A stretch of 63,746 nt of DNA, counting the filler, from Reticulomyxa filosa (Eukaryota; Protista; Foraminifera), in assembly GCA_000512085.1 (NCBI GenBank). It is 25 parts of 25 records of this genome, joined end to end, with 100 filler letters (N's around TTAATTAATTAA, not from the genome) between each part and the next. Parts side by side here need not be neighbours in the genome. Positions count along the whole stretch, not along the records: positions 38,767 to 40,272 come from ASPP01036298.1; positions 40,373 to 43,627 come from ASPP01011950.1; positions 43,728 to 46,492 come from ASPP01035947.1; positions 46,593 to 47,658 come from ASPP01042645.1; positions 47,759 to 55,815 come from ASPP01005985.1; 20 more parts are not named here. One strand, written 5' to 3'. Position 1 is the stretch's first letter, and each line of letters opens with the position of its first letter. The position numbers were made by a program, and so were the translations under genes. The notes beneath the pieces were generated by a model that was not told the origin of the DNA, did not search any database, and saw nothing but the letters and a program-made list of their open reading frames with translations. Below are positions 39,686 to 52,123 of this stretch, one piece after another.

Positions 39686-40272
39686 TCAAAAAGTTCCACC
39701 ATATTGTTCAATAACAGGCATCTGCAAAAGAGTTATACCTTTTGCGTCTTTCCAAATACTGCCCTTCAATGACAAACCAGTACTTTGAACACCGCCTTGC
39801 CAAATGCATTTCCACAAAGGCTTTTTATCTTGCAAATATGATAGACATTTTCTGTCATCCGTAGAAAAAATTGAATTACTCAAAACATCAGATATGCCTG
39901 CAACGCGAGCGGAAGACGAATCATGCAATCGAATGGTTTTATCATCTGAACCAGATAAAATTCTGTTACCACCAGATGAAAATTGAACTGAAGTAGCATT
40001 ACGTGAATGCCCTTCGAAAGATTGAGTTTGTTTTTCAGATGATACTTCCCACAATCGAATGGTTTTATCTCCTGAACCAGATACAATTCTGTTACCATTA
40101 GGTGAAAATTGAACAGAAGTAACATTACATAAATGACCTTCAAAAGATTGAATTTGTTTTCCAGATGATATATCCCATAATCGAATAGTGCTATCCAATG
40201 AACCAGATACAATTCTATTACCATCAGGTGAAAATTGGACAGAATTAACACGAAATGAATGACCTTCTAAAG
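39686..40272 (-). CDS. C-terminus of a WD40 protein with highly similar 42-aa repeats and a NACHT-WD40-type tail
   Basis: Three near-identical EGH..V.SVQFSP.GNRI.SGS.D.TIRLW units; ends LSLKGSIWKDAKGITLLQMPVIEQYGGTF*. Confidence 0.85.
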
Positions 40273-40372
40273 NNNNNNNNNNNNNNNNNNNNNNNNNNNN
40301 NNNNNNNNNNNNNNNNTTAATTAATTAANNNNNNNNNNNNNNNNNNNNNNNNNNNNNNNNNNNNNNNNNNNN

Positions 40373-40790
40373 ATTGACTGTATTGAACATGCATATGATG
40401 TGTATACGTACTTTTTCCCCTTTCCAATGTATGTGTATACCCCTCCCCTCTTCTCTCTCTCTCTCTCTTTCCTCCAGCTACGACAAACCGCCTTACTTCA
40501 GAATCAAAAAAGAAGAGATGCCGACCAAACAGTACTTGGAAAAATTTATCAGAGAATATCTTGGCCATGTTTTAGATGGCAACAAAAAATTAGACTGTAC
40601 CATTGACGAGGTTTTGCTTGCTGTGTGGTGTGGATGTATCATGTCTCATTTTTGCTGGGGCATTTGGGGGATCAAGCAATCCACAAGAAAAGGTACCAAG
40701 TGGAACTACTGGGAATATGGAATCCAAAGATTTCAGGAATGTATTAGAATGAAGGAATTGTTTGAAAAAAGAGAAGCGAAATTCCTGTAG
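40373..40790 (+). CDS. Choline/ethanolamine kinase, last exon(s)
   Basis: YDKPPYF...PTKQYLEKFIREYL...SHFCWGIWGIKQ...YWEYGIQRF is the typical C-terminal region. Confidence 0.82.
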
Positions 40791-41799
40791 CTTTGTTTTG
40801 GGTTTATTTGATTTGGGATTTTCACATGCTTGTGGTGATAACGTAGAAGCAAAAATTATGTGTAGCCGCGTTGATTGAGACTATAACTTTAACTCGTTTA
40901 CATTTTTATTAACATTGAACCATTTAAAAAATTTTGACTTGAGATATATTGCAAACTTTGCCAATATAAACTTCATTTACTCACTTTAGAAATCTGTATT
41001 GGCTTAAATCAATATTTTTGACAACTAATGTGGAGAAAATATAACAACACATGTAACAAGAATTAATTGCGAAAAAAGGTATTTTTCTTTGCAACTTTCA
41101 AAAAAGAAAATGAAATAAAATTGGTCAGGTTCTAGCATGTTATAAGAATTTTTATACATGTACTATTTTTATGGGTACATACAATTGACAGCAAAAAAAA
41201 GGTCCACCTAAAATGAACCCCTATTACATTTATAAGCTATTCATGATAAATCAATTATCCAAATAATATCCAGAAAAAAACAAAATAAAATGCAAATGCT
41301 TATAATCATTCATTTTAGGTGGATTTTGTATCGGTTGTATGTATAATAAAAATCATTCAAAAATGTCCCCATTGTATACTTACTTTGAAATTGCATCAGA
41401 AATTGTTTAAAAATACGCGTGTTTTAATACATTGATACAATATGTACATACATATACGAACTATAAGTATGTACAGTAAAACATTAGCAAGTCAAAACAT
41501 TTTTTCCATGTTCAGTGTAAATGCGTAAATATTGAATTACAAAAAGAAAAATGGACAGTACAATGTTAAAAGTGAAGGCAATTGATTTACATTACTTTTC
41601 TTTTCTGTGTACTGAAATTTTTGTAAATTTCTAATATTTTTGATTAGTGAAAAAAATGTTGCTGTGACAAAGAAGGAAGAAGGGGAATTGCAGATTAATT
41701 AGCAAATGACTATTGGTTCAAAACATCTTTATTTCCTTTTTCCTTTCCAACACACAAAATCATGGTCAAAAAAGTTATCATTTCTGCAAACAAATTAAT

Positions 41800-43558
41800 T
41801 TATGAAGTGTCGTTATCGTTTTGAGTGCCTGTATTATCATTGTTATCATTTCCGCTGTTATTGTTTCTTGATTGTGAGGACTGGTTTTGAGATTGGGATT
41901 GATTGCTCGGTGCCGTTGTACGAGGCAAATCAAAAGCGGATGCGCCAAGAGAGTTTTCTACCAAGTAACTGGCCGCCAATTCCTCGTTTTTATCACACAC
42001 CATGTAAGCTTCCGCTGCTTGTGCTTCAGAACATCCCACTAATGCTCTTAACTGTAAGTTTTTAAATTTACAACCAATTGTTGTTTATTGTTGACATTTA
42101 AAGTGTACATGTGTGGATGGGGTGTTTCTGGACACACAAAAAAAAAATAAATAAATAACGAAACTCTATCAATTGCTTGTTTTTCTGCCGAAGTGACTTG
42201 GATTACTCCAGCCGGTGGGTTGACTCCTCCCAAAGGATTGGCATCACCACTGCCGTCGTCCTCATATCCATCTTCTTCATCGCCACCACCTCCTTGTTGC
42301 AATTGCTGCAACAGCATCATTCCCATTAGTTGTTGCATACTAAACCCCATTCAAACAACAAAAACATACAATCAATTGTCAAGTTGTGAAATTGTGAGAT
42401 AATTTACGAGTCTGATTTGTGTGTTGGCGTATTTTTGTATATGTGTGAGTGTTGCATGCAAACATTTGAGGATCGTTCAAGACTTGTTGTAAAGCTTGAG
42501 GATTTTGTTGAATTGCCTGCAATAACTGTACTCAACAATCAATCAAACAACAAAATTCCTTTCATTCAACGTTTTGTCCTTGCTCTATCCCTCCCTCTTT
42601 TCCGTTTCGTTCTTGTTGTCTGACAAACAAATATTTGTTTTGCAAACATACTTCAGGATTTTGCTGTGCCAATTGCGCAATCATCCCTGCAAGCAATTGT
42701 GGATTGCCTTGGATAACTTGTTGTAATTGTGCCACTATTTCACCAAACAATTGTAAAAAACGCGCACATACACATAAGAAAAGTGTTTTTTCCCCCTCTT
42801 TTTCTCTCCTCCCCCCCCAAAAAAAAAAAGGGAGGAGGGGAAAGGAAATTTCATGAAAAAAATGGTGCAAAGAAAAAACCAAACGATTTTGGCCACCTCC
42901 ACCACCTTGAGCTTGAGATGATTGGCTGGATTGGCTGGATTGAGTGGATTGAGTGGATTGGGTGGACTGAGGTTGTGTCGATGTTGTTCGTGGCGCTTGG
43001 CGTGCTTGACCCAAGCTCGCGGTTCGTGTGTTGGCTGGAGGTTCGCTTGGCGGTTCTGATGGTTGTGGTTCGCTGGGAATTCCCTACAGTTACATAATAG
43101 GAGGGGGTATCAAAAAAAAAAAAAAAAAAAAAGAGGAGAAGAAAGGTCGCAATTAAAAGACGCCATCATAAAAGTTCAAGTATACACACAAACAAACACA
43201 AAAAAAAAAAAACTTAACATTGATTAAATACTCCACAGCTCTATCAGGATTATTGTAGGCAGCACGTAAGGCTTGCATAACCTTTTTTTTATTAAACAAA
43301 AAAATCGGCATTCGATTCCAACACACAAAAAGGAATTTATTTTTTTTTTTTGCAGGAATAATGAACCTCTGTGAAAAGAGGGGAGGGGCAGAAGCAAAAA
43401 AAAAAAAAAAAAGTTCATGAAGATAAGAGCAGCTGAGGCTAAACTTGTTCTCGATCGAAGCCCATGTTCATCAAGTTTTGCACTGTTGATTGCAACTCTG
43501 CACCAGTCACTAACGTGGAAGAAGCGGATTGCTCAGAGGCTTGAGTGGGGTTAGTTGC

Positions 43559-43560
<2 letters not shown>
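41800..43560 (-). CDS. RAD23: RAD23 ubiquitin receptor (UBA1, XPC-binding/STI1, UBA2), 5' truncated
   Basis: LVTG...MGFDREQV, ALRAAYNNPDRAVEYL, QVIQGNPQLL, IQVTSAEKQAIDRL and AYMVCDKNEELAASYL across ~7 exons. Confidence 0.93.
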
Positions 43561-43593
<33 letters not shown>

Positions 43594-44959
43594 TTCCCCC
43601 TTTTTTTTTTTTTTTTTTTTTTTTTTTNNNNNNNNNNNNNNNNNNNNNNNNNNNNNNNNNNNNNNNNNNNNTTAATTAATTAANNNNNNNNNNNNNNNNN
43701 NNNNNNNNNNNNNNNNNNNNNNNNNNNAAAAGGGCAAGTCGATCACGAGCAAGACGACAATGACAATTGGTACCTCAAACATTTTTTAACATACGTATAT
43801 ATTTGCACACTTTTTGTTTTGAAATAAATGTAAAAAAAACAATTTATGATTTTTTTTGAACGTATAAAAAATAACATAGGACGATGACGCGAGAACAACA
43901 CAACAACGACGAGAAAAAATGGGGTGAATCCAACCCTATCTCCAAAAGGAGCAAAAAAGGTTTGATATATCTTTTTTTTTATAATAAAAATATCAATGTG
44001 ATATTTGCTTGTGTATAGGAATCCCCTGTCCACACAAAACCGTTACATGTTTGCCCCTTCCATCCACATACAAAAAAAAAATGGGGTCGAAGACCACCAG
44101 GTTTCCGATAAAAAAAAAAGCGGTGTGTTGTGTTTATATATTTATAATTTTCTTTTATCAAAATAATGTGATTGTGTATTTGTGTAGTACATAGGAATTC
44201 CCCCTCACAAAGAAAAAAAATTATATATATTTTTGTTGTCCAATCCCTACATACATAAACAAAAAAAGTTTGAGTTTGTCCACAGGAGAAAAAAATTTGG
44301 AATGGGAGCTTGAACTCCACATAACATGTATGCCCTTTTTTTGTTGATCTTAAAAATTTTTACAACATTTTTTTGTGTGTGTTTATACAGATGAACAAGG
44401 ATCCAAAGATTTTTTTAAGAAGAAATTGGAGAATGGGGAAAAAAAGGGGGAAGATGGATAAAAAATATTATGGAAAAAAAAAAAGAAAATAAGTGGAAAA
44501 AAAATATGAATAAAAAAGAGGGGAAGTAAGAATAAAAAGGGGAAAAGAAAAAAAGAGAAAGAAATAAGAATTAAAAAAAACTGGTTGAAAAAAAGAAGAA
44601 AAGAAGAAAAAAAAAAAAGAAAAAAAAAAAGAAACTTTTTTTACATATGGAGCTATGACTCCAAAATTATTAGATCTGATGATCTCAACAATAAAAAGTT
44701 AAGTAAAATAAATTAATTTTTTTTTTTTCAAATTACTTGTTTAAAATAAAAATAGGAATTGAAAGCGAAGACAGCGGCAGAATATCAACAAGGTCAGTGT
44801 ACAAAAAAATCATATCACATTCTACTTTTTTCTCATTCCCATACTACTCCAGTGTGTTTCCCCAATTTCTTTTTTGTAACAATAAAATACGTATTTTTTT
44901 ACATATATGCGCAAACAAAAAAAGTACATTTGATGCCCTTGTGAAAGTTTAGTGCGATG

Positions 44960-46100
44960 CAATCAAGAGATTTGCTATCATCAAATGGGTATATGTGGAG
45001 GCGCTGTAAGAAATTTTGACGAACAGTTCGACTGTCCCGGCCAGTTGAATCATATCCAGATAGAAGCCTTCAAATTGCGCGAAAATCATTTTGCTGGGAG
45101 GAATGAGCGCGATGGAATGTAGTGATGCAAAGGATCATTTGTTGTGGGCTGGGTTTTGAGAATACATGTACAGTGGATAACGACTATTCGTTGCATCTGC
45201 GCCAGTCGATCTGGGCTTCAGCACGCCACTCAGATTGATATCCTATGCAACGACCTACACGGTCTTTTTCACATGGATATACTCAACCATCAAACCAATA
45301 TTCGTGCTATCCACCGACATAGGCCCCAAATATTTCTACATACCCATTTTGTTGTGATGCCGACTTTGGACCGATTTATCCATCGTGCTAGTATCCAAGT
45401 ATATTCGATCATCAGTTTTTTTCCGATGTGTATGCGATAATCAAAAATATCGTGGAAAATATGTTATATATTATAACAATCGCTGTTCGTTCGTTGCGTT
45501 TTATCGCGTCATCATATTCAATCATGTCCAGGCATGTACATCCAAGCCATAAGAGGCAGAAAAGATTTTTGTTTTTGGTTTGCAGTTATTACTGATATTG
45601 CGCTAATTCGATTAGTCCAGCGTACGAGCGTTAGTGCGACGTGGAATTATCGAATGTTGTTCCTGCGACAGCTCTTCATATGCCTGCAACCTTCATATCC
45701 TCCTCGACACGAGATCAAACGGTAACTCTATCGGTATTCTCAACAACACATTATACAATATCTTTCCACGCCTTTGTACTATAGTTGTGAACACAGTGCG
45801 TGTTGCGAGCTGTCAATGTGTCCTGGCGATTATGGTTGTTGAAAACTCGTTTTGGAGTGTGCCAGTTCGTCGTGTTTTTTCAATTACATTAATTAATTAT
45901 ATTGAGAGTAGAGAACAAGAACGGGCCTGTCTCACAAATAGCGTTAAATACTGAACAAAATGGTAAAGCAGCAAAGACCCCGAGCTGCCAGGCAAATGGA
46001 GCATCATCAAACCGGTACGACAAGTGGCAAAGATAAACCCATTGCGAATTGAAATGCATGATATCTAAATGTCATCGCAAAATCAAGGTACGGAGTTGTG
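44960..46100 (-). mobile_element. Highly decayed non-LTR retrotransposon RT region
   Basis: GC-richer block with no long ORF. Minus-strand remnants occur in RT order across frames: PFAW..RPV..LLS, LKKHDELAHSKTSFQ, RGKILYNVLLRIPIELPFDLV, KYLG..VDS and TGAD...LY. Confidence 0.5.
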
Positions 46101-47151
46101 AAACAGTAATTACAGTGCGCATATCCGTTAACAGTCGCAAGTGGTGCAAAATTATCAAAGATGAATCACGACGACAAATTGTGACAATTTCTCAAGCGTG
46201 AAGAAGGAGGATGATCTTTATTGTCAATGCATAGACGTGCGAGTCTTTGTCTAACAAGAATCGGCACATTACGTTTTGCAGTACCAATTGTGGCAGTCTC
46301 TAGTGTGGATTATTTTTTGTTGATATTTGCATTGGAATATAACAAAGGTAGTGAATTCAACCTGTGGATACAACGAATGATGTGACAACACAGAGTTGAT
46401 GTGTGGAAATATTATTAGTAGGATCATATCCGGATGGAAGATGCGAATATATTTAGCCATTTATTTAATTGCGAGTACGGAACGATACAATGNNNNNNNN
46501 NNNNNNNNNNNNNNNNNNNNNNNNNNNNNNNNNNNNTTAATTAATTAANNNNNNNNNNNNNNNNNNNNNNNNNNNNNNNNNNNNNNNNNNNNGCAAAGAA
46601 AGACTTCGCTGCGAAAAGCAAGACGGATGCCTGACTAGTCTTGGAAAACAAAAAAAATACATTGACTAGATCAAGATTGTGAGATTTTATATCTTTTTGT
46701 TGTTTGGATTTTTTTAGTCCAATAATTTGTTTTTGATAATCATAACATAGATTTTTAAGAATATTACAATTTTGATTCTCACTGATCTTCAACTGCCTCT
46801 TGCTTTTTTGTGGCTGGGTGGGTAGCTTAAAAATTAATATATCAGCTGATGAAGCAATTTACTAGCAACAATACTCGGTTGAGCAATTAGTCCAATTTTG
46901 TTTATAATTTTTCCTTTTACCTTTGAAAAAAAGGTAGACGACTATTCTAAACTTCACCAGCACATTCATTCACAAAAACACAGCTTAAAAAAAAAAGAAA
47001 ATAAAATTGAGTACTACTTTTGAGTCTGAAAGCATTTTCTAAAACTTTTTTTGTTTTTATTTGACGTCTTTTCGTTTCAGAGTGCCCTGTAAGAGAGGGG
47101 GCAAACGCAAAAGAAAAGACTGTTGGAGGACTTAGTTGTTTTAGCAGCAAA

Positions 47152-47622
47152 ATGAAACCATCGTTAGTGTTTGAAATTATATTGATGGCGCTGCACGTGT
47201 TAAATGCATTTCACGTGGTGTTAAGTGCAAGTAACGTGGCCAGGGACAACTCAAGTGAAAACGGCCAAAAATATTCGAATGATCAAGACGATATGTGTAT
47301 ATCGATAACACCATGGAATACGTTGGCCAAACATTCTATCAGTCAAATGTGGATATCAAAAACGTGGGAATGTGTGCAATGTCCAAGTGGTCATAACAAC
47401 GTAACAATGGTGTCGTTGGTGCAAATTTTCAACAATGGTCCGCTGCAATTAAAAAACGAAAGTATACGTCTTCTCAAAAGAAGCAATCAAACGCAGTCCA
47501 AGAAAAATATTTATGTCAAGACGATTGCAATGAACACTTCTCCATACATTTCGGAAATATCATCGTTATCGTACGTATCAATATTCAAAGCATTATCACA
47601 CAGGTACATAACATTGATATAA
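47152..47622 (+). CDS. Putative secreted/membrane glycoprotein, first exon
   Basis: ATG, signal-peptide-like hydrophobic stretch, several NxS/T sequons, probable donor at ~47604. Confidence 0.55.
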   Translation: MKPSLVFEIILMALHVLNAFHVVLSASNVARDNSSENGQKYSNDQDDMCISITPWNTLAKHSISQMWISKTWECVQCPSGHNNVTMVSLVQIFNNGPLQLKNESIRLLKRSNQTQSKKNIYVKTIAMNTSPYISEISSLSYVSIFKALSHRYITLI

Positions 47623-47781
47623 AGACCTAATAAAAAAAAATGTCACAAAAAAAAAAGGNNNNNNNNNNNNNNNNNNNNNNNNNNNNNNNNNNNNNNNNNN
47701 NNTTAATTAATTAANNNNNNNNNNNNNNNNNNNNNNNNNNNNNNNNNNNNNNNNNNNNTGTTATTATTATTGGGTCTTTCT

Positions 47782-49554
47782 TTATTGTTTTACCTTTGGC
47801 TTTGGTTTGAGGTTTTTGTTCTTTTTGTCATTTGGTTTTGAGAAGCTACGCTCTTTTTTGTTTGCAGTGACGTCATGCGCCTGATTTGTTTTAGCGTTGC
47901 TTTTCTGTGGATTGTGATCGCGGTAGCCGGGGTAGCCGCCACGCAAGTTGGATAAGCGGCGATTGGAGTGAGCAGGTTGGTTCGAGTTGACAAACGACGA
48001 GTGTTGGGTGTCGCGTTGAGAGTTGAGCGAATGGCTTGGGATGACTTTCAATGAGATGGATTTTTGCAATGGCGGATTGAAATGGATATTCGCAAAAGCT
48101 GTGCGTACAGTGCGATTTGCGGAATAAACCCGTCCATTTGATTCATCGTCAGTATCATTATTATTATCATTATTATTATCATTATCATCATCATCATCGT
48201 CGTCGTCGTCAGCACGACGATGGTTTTTACGATGCGTGGGAGGTGTGGCACCGGCAACAACGTGTGGGATTGGTGCCGTAGTAGACAGTACTGTTGGCAA
48301 GACAAGAGGTGGTGCGGGTGGTAATGGCTTTGCGAGCTCATTGGCATTAGCACTTGCTTTGAGCTTTTTTGAGTTGCCGCTTTGGATAATTCGATGATCA
48401 AACGAGGTACCTTGCAATTGCAATGGATGACGATTCGTTGATTTGTTCGTGGTATATTTGTCACTTTGTGGTGCTTTTGGATTGTTTTTGGCAAAGGGGC
48501 CAATTGCATTGTCATCAAAACTTGGCTGTTGTTGTTGTTGTTGTTGTTGCTGAAGTAGTGTTCTATCTTCCACGTGTTCGACATATCCCTCCTCTTCTTC
48601 ATCTGGCCTGGCAGTCATTGGACCATCTCCCTTTTCACTCATGTCGTCATAAGCAATGTCACTGCCACTCTCGCTGTCGCTTTGATGGTCCTTCTTCATC
48701 ACCACATTCACTGTGCCATGTACGCTACTTCTGCTCTCGTTGCTTGAGTGTCCATTGTTTCCAGTACTTTTCTCATTGTTCATTTGCTTTTTGATCGTCT
48801 TGCGATTGTCATTGTGTGAAGTGTTTGTTGGCTTTGACTTGGGCCCCGATTTTTGTCTTTGTGTTTGTTGATTGGTTGCATTTTTTGATTGCTCTGTGCG
48901 ATCATTCGCTTGAAATGTACGGCCACTTTCCAACCCAGACGATACGTCCTGGCGGATTGACTGACGAGTTTTTTCATTACCTTTGCTCTTATTACTCTTG
49001 TTCACGTTTGATTGATTGCTCTGATTCACTTGTGGATTGCTGGGCATATGCCCGTTCCTTACTTTCATCGATGCGCTTGGATACATTGGCTGTCGCATTT
49101 CTTCGTCGTCGCTGCTTTTATTGTTCCTTTTTTTTTTGCGCACGCTACCTGCTTCAAGAGCGTCGCTTTCATTTACTATACTACCCAGCTGTTGTGTTCT
49201 TTTCAAACTTTCCCCTCTTATTACTATCCCTGGTCGCTTTGGACTCCCATCATTATTTTCAAAGTACACAACATTGCCATCTCCTGGTGGCGTGCTGAAA
49301 TGGTACAATGGTGACGACGGTTGCGGGGCCTGTGTGTAACTCTGACTATCCAGAACTGCTATTGTCATGCTCGTTTCCAGTGATGTCGTCATACTCGAGT
49401 TGGAATACGATGCGTTCACCTTCTTGTTTCGCACGGACTGAGACTTGCTCAGTCCAAACTCCACGCCCGAGTCTTTCGGCATCATCGAATTTGATTGCTG
49501 AGAAATTTGCATATCAGAAGTCAAAACACTTTTTGGCTTTTCTGTGTAAAACAT
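47782..49554 (-). CDS. Large intrinsically disordered S/N/Q/D/K-rich protein fragment
   Basis: 590-codon open frame with polyQ, polyD/N and a Pro-rich patch. No domain; continues past the contig end. Confidence 0.7.
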   Translation of the reverse strand: MFYTEKPKSVLTSDMQISQQSNSMMPKDSGVEFGLSKSQSVRNKKVNASYSNSSMTTSLETSMTIAVLDSQSYTQAPQPSSPLYHFSTPPGDGNVVYFENNDGSPKRPGIVIRGESLKRTQQLGSIVNESDALEAGSVRKKKRNNKSSDDEEMRQPMYPSASMKVRNGHMPSNPQVNQSNQSNVNKSNKSKGNEKTRQSIRQDVSSGLESGRTFQANDRTEQSKNATNQQTQRQKSGPKSKPTNTSHNDNRKTIKKQMNNEKSTGNNGHSSNESRSSVHGTVNVVMKKDHQSDSESGSDIAYDDMSEKGDGPMTARPDEEEEGYVEHVEDRTLLQQQQQQQQQPSFDDNAIGPFAKNNPKAPQSDKYTTNKSTNRHPLQLQGTSFDHRIIQSGNSKKLKASANANELAKPLPPAPPLVLPTVLSTTAPIPHVVAGATPPTHRKNHRRADDDDDDDDDNDNNNDNNNDTDDESNGRVYSANRTVRTAFANIHFNPPLQKSISLKVIPSHSLNSQRDTQHSSFVNSNQPAHSNRRLSNLRGGYPGYRDHNPQKSNAKTNQAHDVTANKKERSFSKPNDKKNKNLKPKPKVKQ

Positions 49555-49981
49555 TTTCCTATGTACAGGATCATTCTACAAAAAAAACTTTTCTTTGCCA
49601 GTCTCCAACGTTGGCCTGTTGCATTTCTTGTTTTTCCATACTATTTTTGAATAATGTTCAACCCTTTAAGCCGTCTGTCATTTGTCAAGAGAAGAAGTGT
49701 TATAAGCAAGGTCTTCATAGATAGAAGAGTTCGTAAATTGATTGAAAATGTTGCTTAAGGCAAAAACGATGTTGATGTTTTTTTTCCACTTTGAGGAGAC
49801 TTTTGATTGTTGTTTTTTTTCCATCCAAGAAAACAAAACTAAGTTATAACTAAACACACACAATAACCCAGAGTTTGCGTCTTAAACTAGGACATCAAAC
49901 ACTCTCACACCCAAAAATGGATCATCAAAAAAAAAAGGTAAAAAATAATAATCGTGTGTGTCATAAAAAAAAATTGTACAC

Positions 49982-50751
49982 TTACGCGTACACCATTTCA
50001 TACCATTGGTCTTTGCCATGTTGTACATTAGATTTGCCTTCTAAAACAAAACCCACTTTTTGATAAAGTGGAACCAAATGCTTTTTGGCCATGAGTCGAA
50101 TGGCATGAATTTCTTTCCTTTCGAGCTTTGGAGCCAATATCTGCAAGTATTTCTTCATAAGAAGTGTTGCCAACTTGTTACGGCGATAGTGCTTGTCAAC
50201 CACCACAGAATGCACGCACAATGTTTTTCCGGACTCAACATGCGCCAATATGCTCTCTTCGGTTAATTTATCTGTTCAAACAGTGTATGGGAGGGGATTA
50301 GTGTAATATATATATTTTTTTCTCTCTCAAACCTATAACACCAATTAAAAAAACAAACAAAACTAGAATTAGCAAGCGTGCCACATACAAAGCCCACAAT
50401 TTGATTGCAATAAGTCAAAACCTTGAAATAGTCGGACGCGTATATGAATCGGTAATAAAGCCTTTCCGGAGGTGCTGCTTCGTCAGGTGGATAGCTTTCA
50501 GTTTCAAGTTCACATATTCTGGGCAGATCTGCTTTCCTCACGGCCCGAACACTTGCGAGTTGCAAATCAATGTGACTTTTTGGGGAAGGGTCCTTTGACA
50601 CGACCTTCACACAATCTTTAGTCTTTACAAAAGCGTTCATAGTTGGGAGTTTCACTAAACAATGGGTGGCTTCCGACTGCAATAACTCACCTAATCCAAA
50701 CGGGGTCTTGATGAGTTGCACAGTCGTATGTGCAGTAGACGAGTCACTTTT
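49982..50751 (-). CDS. GNAT N-acetyltransferase, AANAT/yeast Paa1 (arylalkylamine/polyamine) type; apparently C-terminal exons of the AMP deaminase gene
   Basis: ELETESYPPDEAA, IVGFVCGT, LTEESILAHVESGKTLCVHSVVVDKHYRRNKLATLLM and LVPLYQKVGF..G...HG...WYEM. One intron ~50272-50363. Confidence 0.9.
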
Positions 50752-52123
50752 CTTTTTTTCCCCCCCATTTAAAAAAAAAAAAAAGATTTCATTTGTTGAG
50801 GAGATTCACATGCGTGTATTCAATATAAGTAATTTAATTCATACCTTTGTTGGAGGAGTGACTGATTCTGACTTCTTTTCATCTTCTTGAACATGATCTT
50901 CCATTTCATCTATGAATGAAAGTAATCCTTCGACCATTTCCAAGACACTTTTTTTTTTCGTGTCTTCTCCTTCTTTCGGCTCTTTTTCATGTTTGTCTCC
51001 TTTCCGGTCCCGGACTGTCTTATCTCTACTTCGTCGTTCGTCACGTTCTGGCACTGTTCTCTCATCCGTCGTCAATTCTTTTTTATGTTGGTGTTCTTTT
51101 TGCTCTTTTCGGGGCCGTGGAGAAAGACTACGCGGTGTATGAATTCGTGGTATCCCAACATAATCGCCATTTTCTTTTCCCGTTTTCGTGTCATCAAAGC
51201 TCACATGTTTTTCTTTGGAGTTATCAGAAAGCGATTGTCCTGCGTCTTCTTTTGTCTCCGAGCTTGGGGAATTGGTGCGACTACCGCCTTGAGGGGTCAT
51301 TTGTAACGTTTTCAAAATGCTTGGAGGACGTGATATATTGGCATTTTGAATAAACTTTGGTTTGGGTGAAGGACTTTGTCCTAAGCCAGTCTTTAATATA
51401 TTATGTGTGTATATGTATATGTATATAATGTATGTGTACATATATGAATAAGTATGTTGACGCTTTAATAATACAATAGCTAACACTATGTTTTCTGACA
51501 ACCTTTTGCAAGTTTTGGACTGCTTGTTCTCTTTGTTTCTCTCTTTCTTGTTCTTTCATAAATTCAAAATCAATAGGCAAAAGCGGTCCTTTGTTTGTGG
51601 GGTCGACAGCAGATGTTTTGGCGATGGCAGGAGTCATGGTGTCCAACTTCACCAAGTCATTGGGGAATTCTTCATACGACAGTTTGCGTTTTCTTTCCTC
51701 CAAGTTTTCATCCAACACTTGTCCTGTCTTTTCGTTATATTCACCACGACTGCCCACCTGAGCTCTCTCTTCACGTGCACCTCGAGTGTCATGTTCTTCA
51801 CGAGTACGCTTGCCTTTTGACTGAGTTCCTTGAGCACGGGCAGGATGGTCCTTTCGACTCTTTTTGCCCGAGTGAATGTCCTTGTGATTGTTTATTCGCA
51901 TTGCAAAGACAGAGATCAATCAACATAGTTTGCGTAATCAAAAAGAAAAGAAAGAAAGTAACTGCAGAAGGGGTACTGTTGGCACTGGAGCTGGTGCTCG
52001 AACTGGTGGCTGAAGTTGGAGTCTTTTGCATCTTGGGCGATTTGACAATGGGTTTCACAATGCCGATAATGGGAAGGTCATTCAAACTGACAGGCGTACT
52101 ACACGCGGGCTCAGTTGCAGTGA

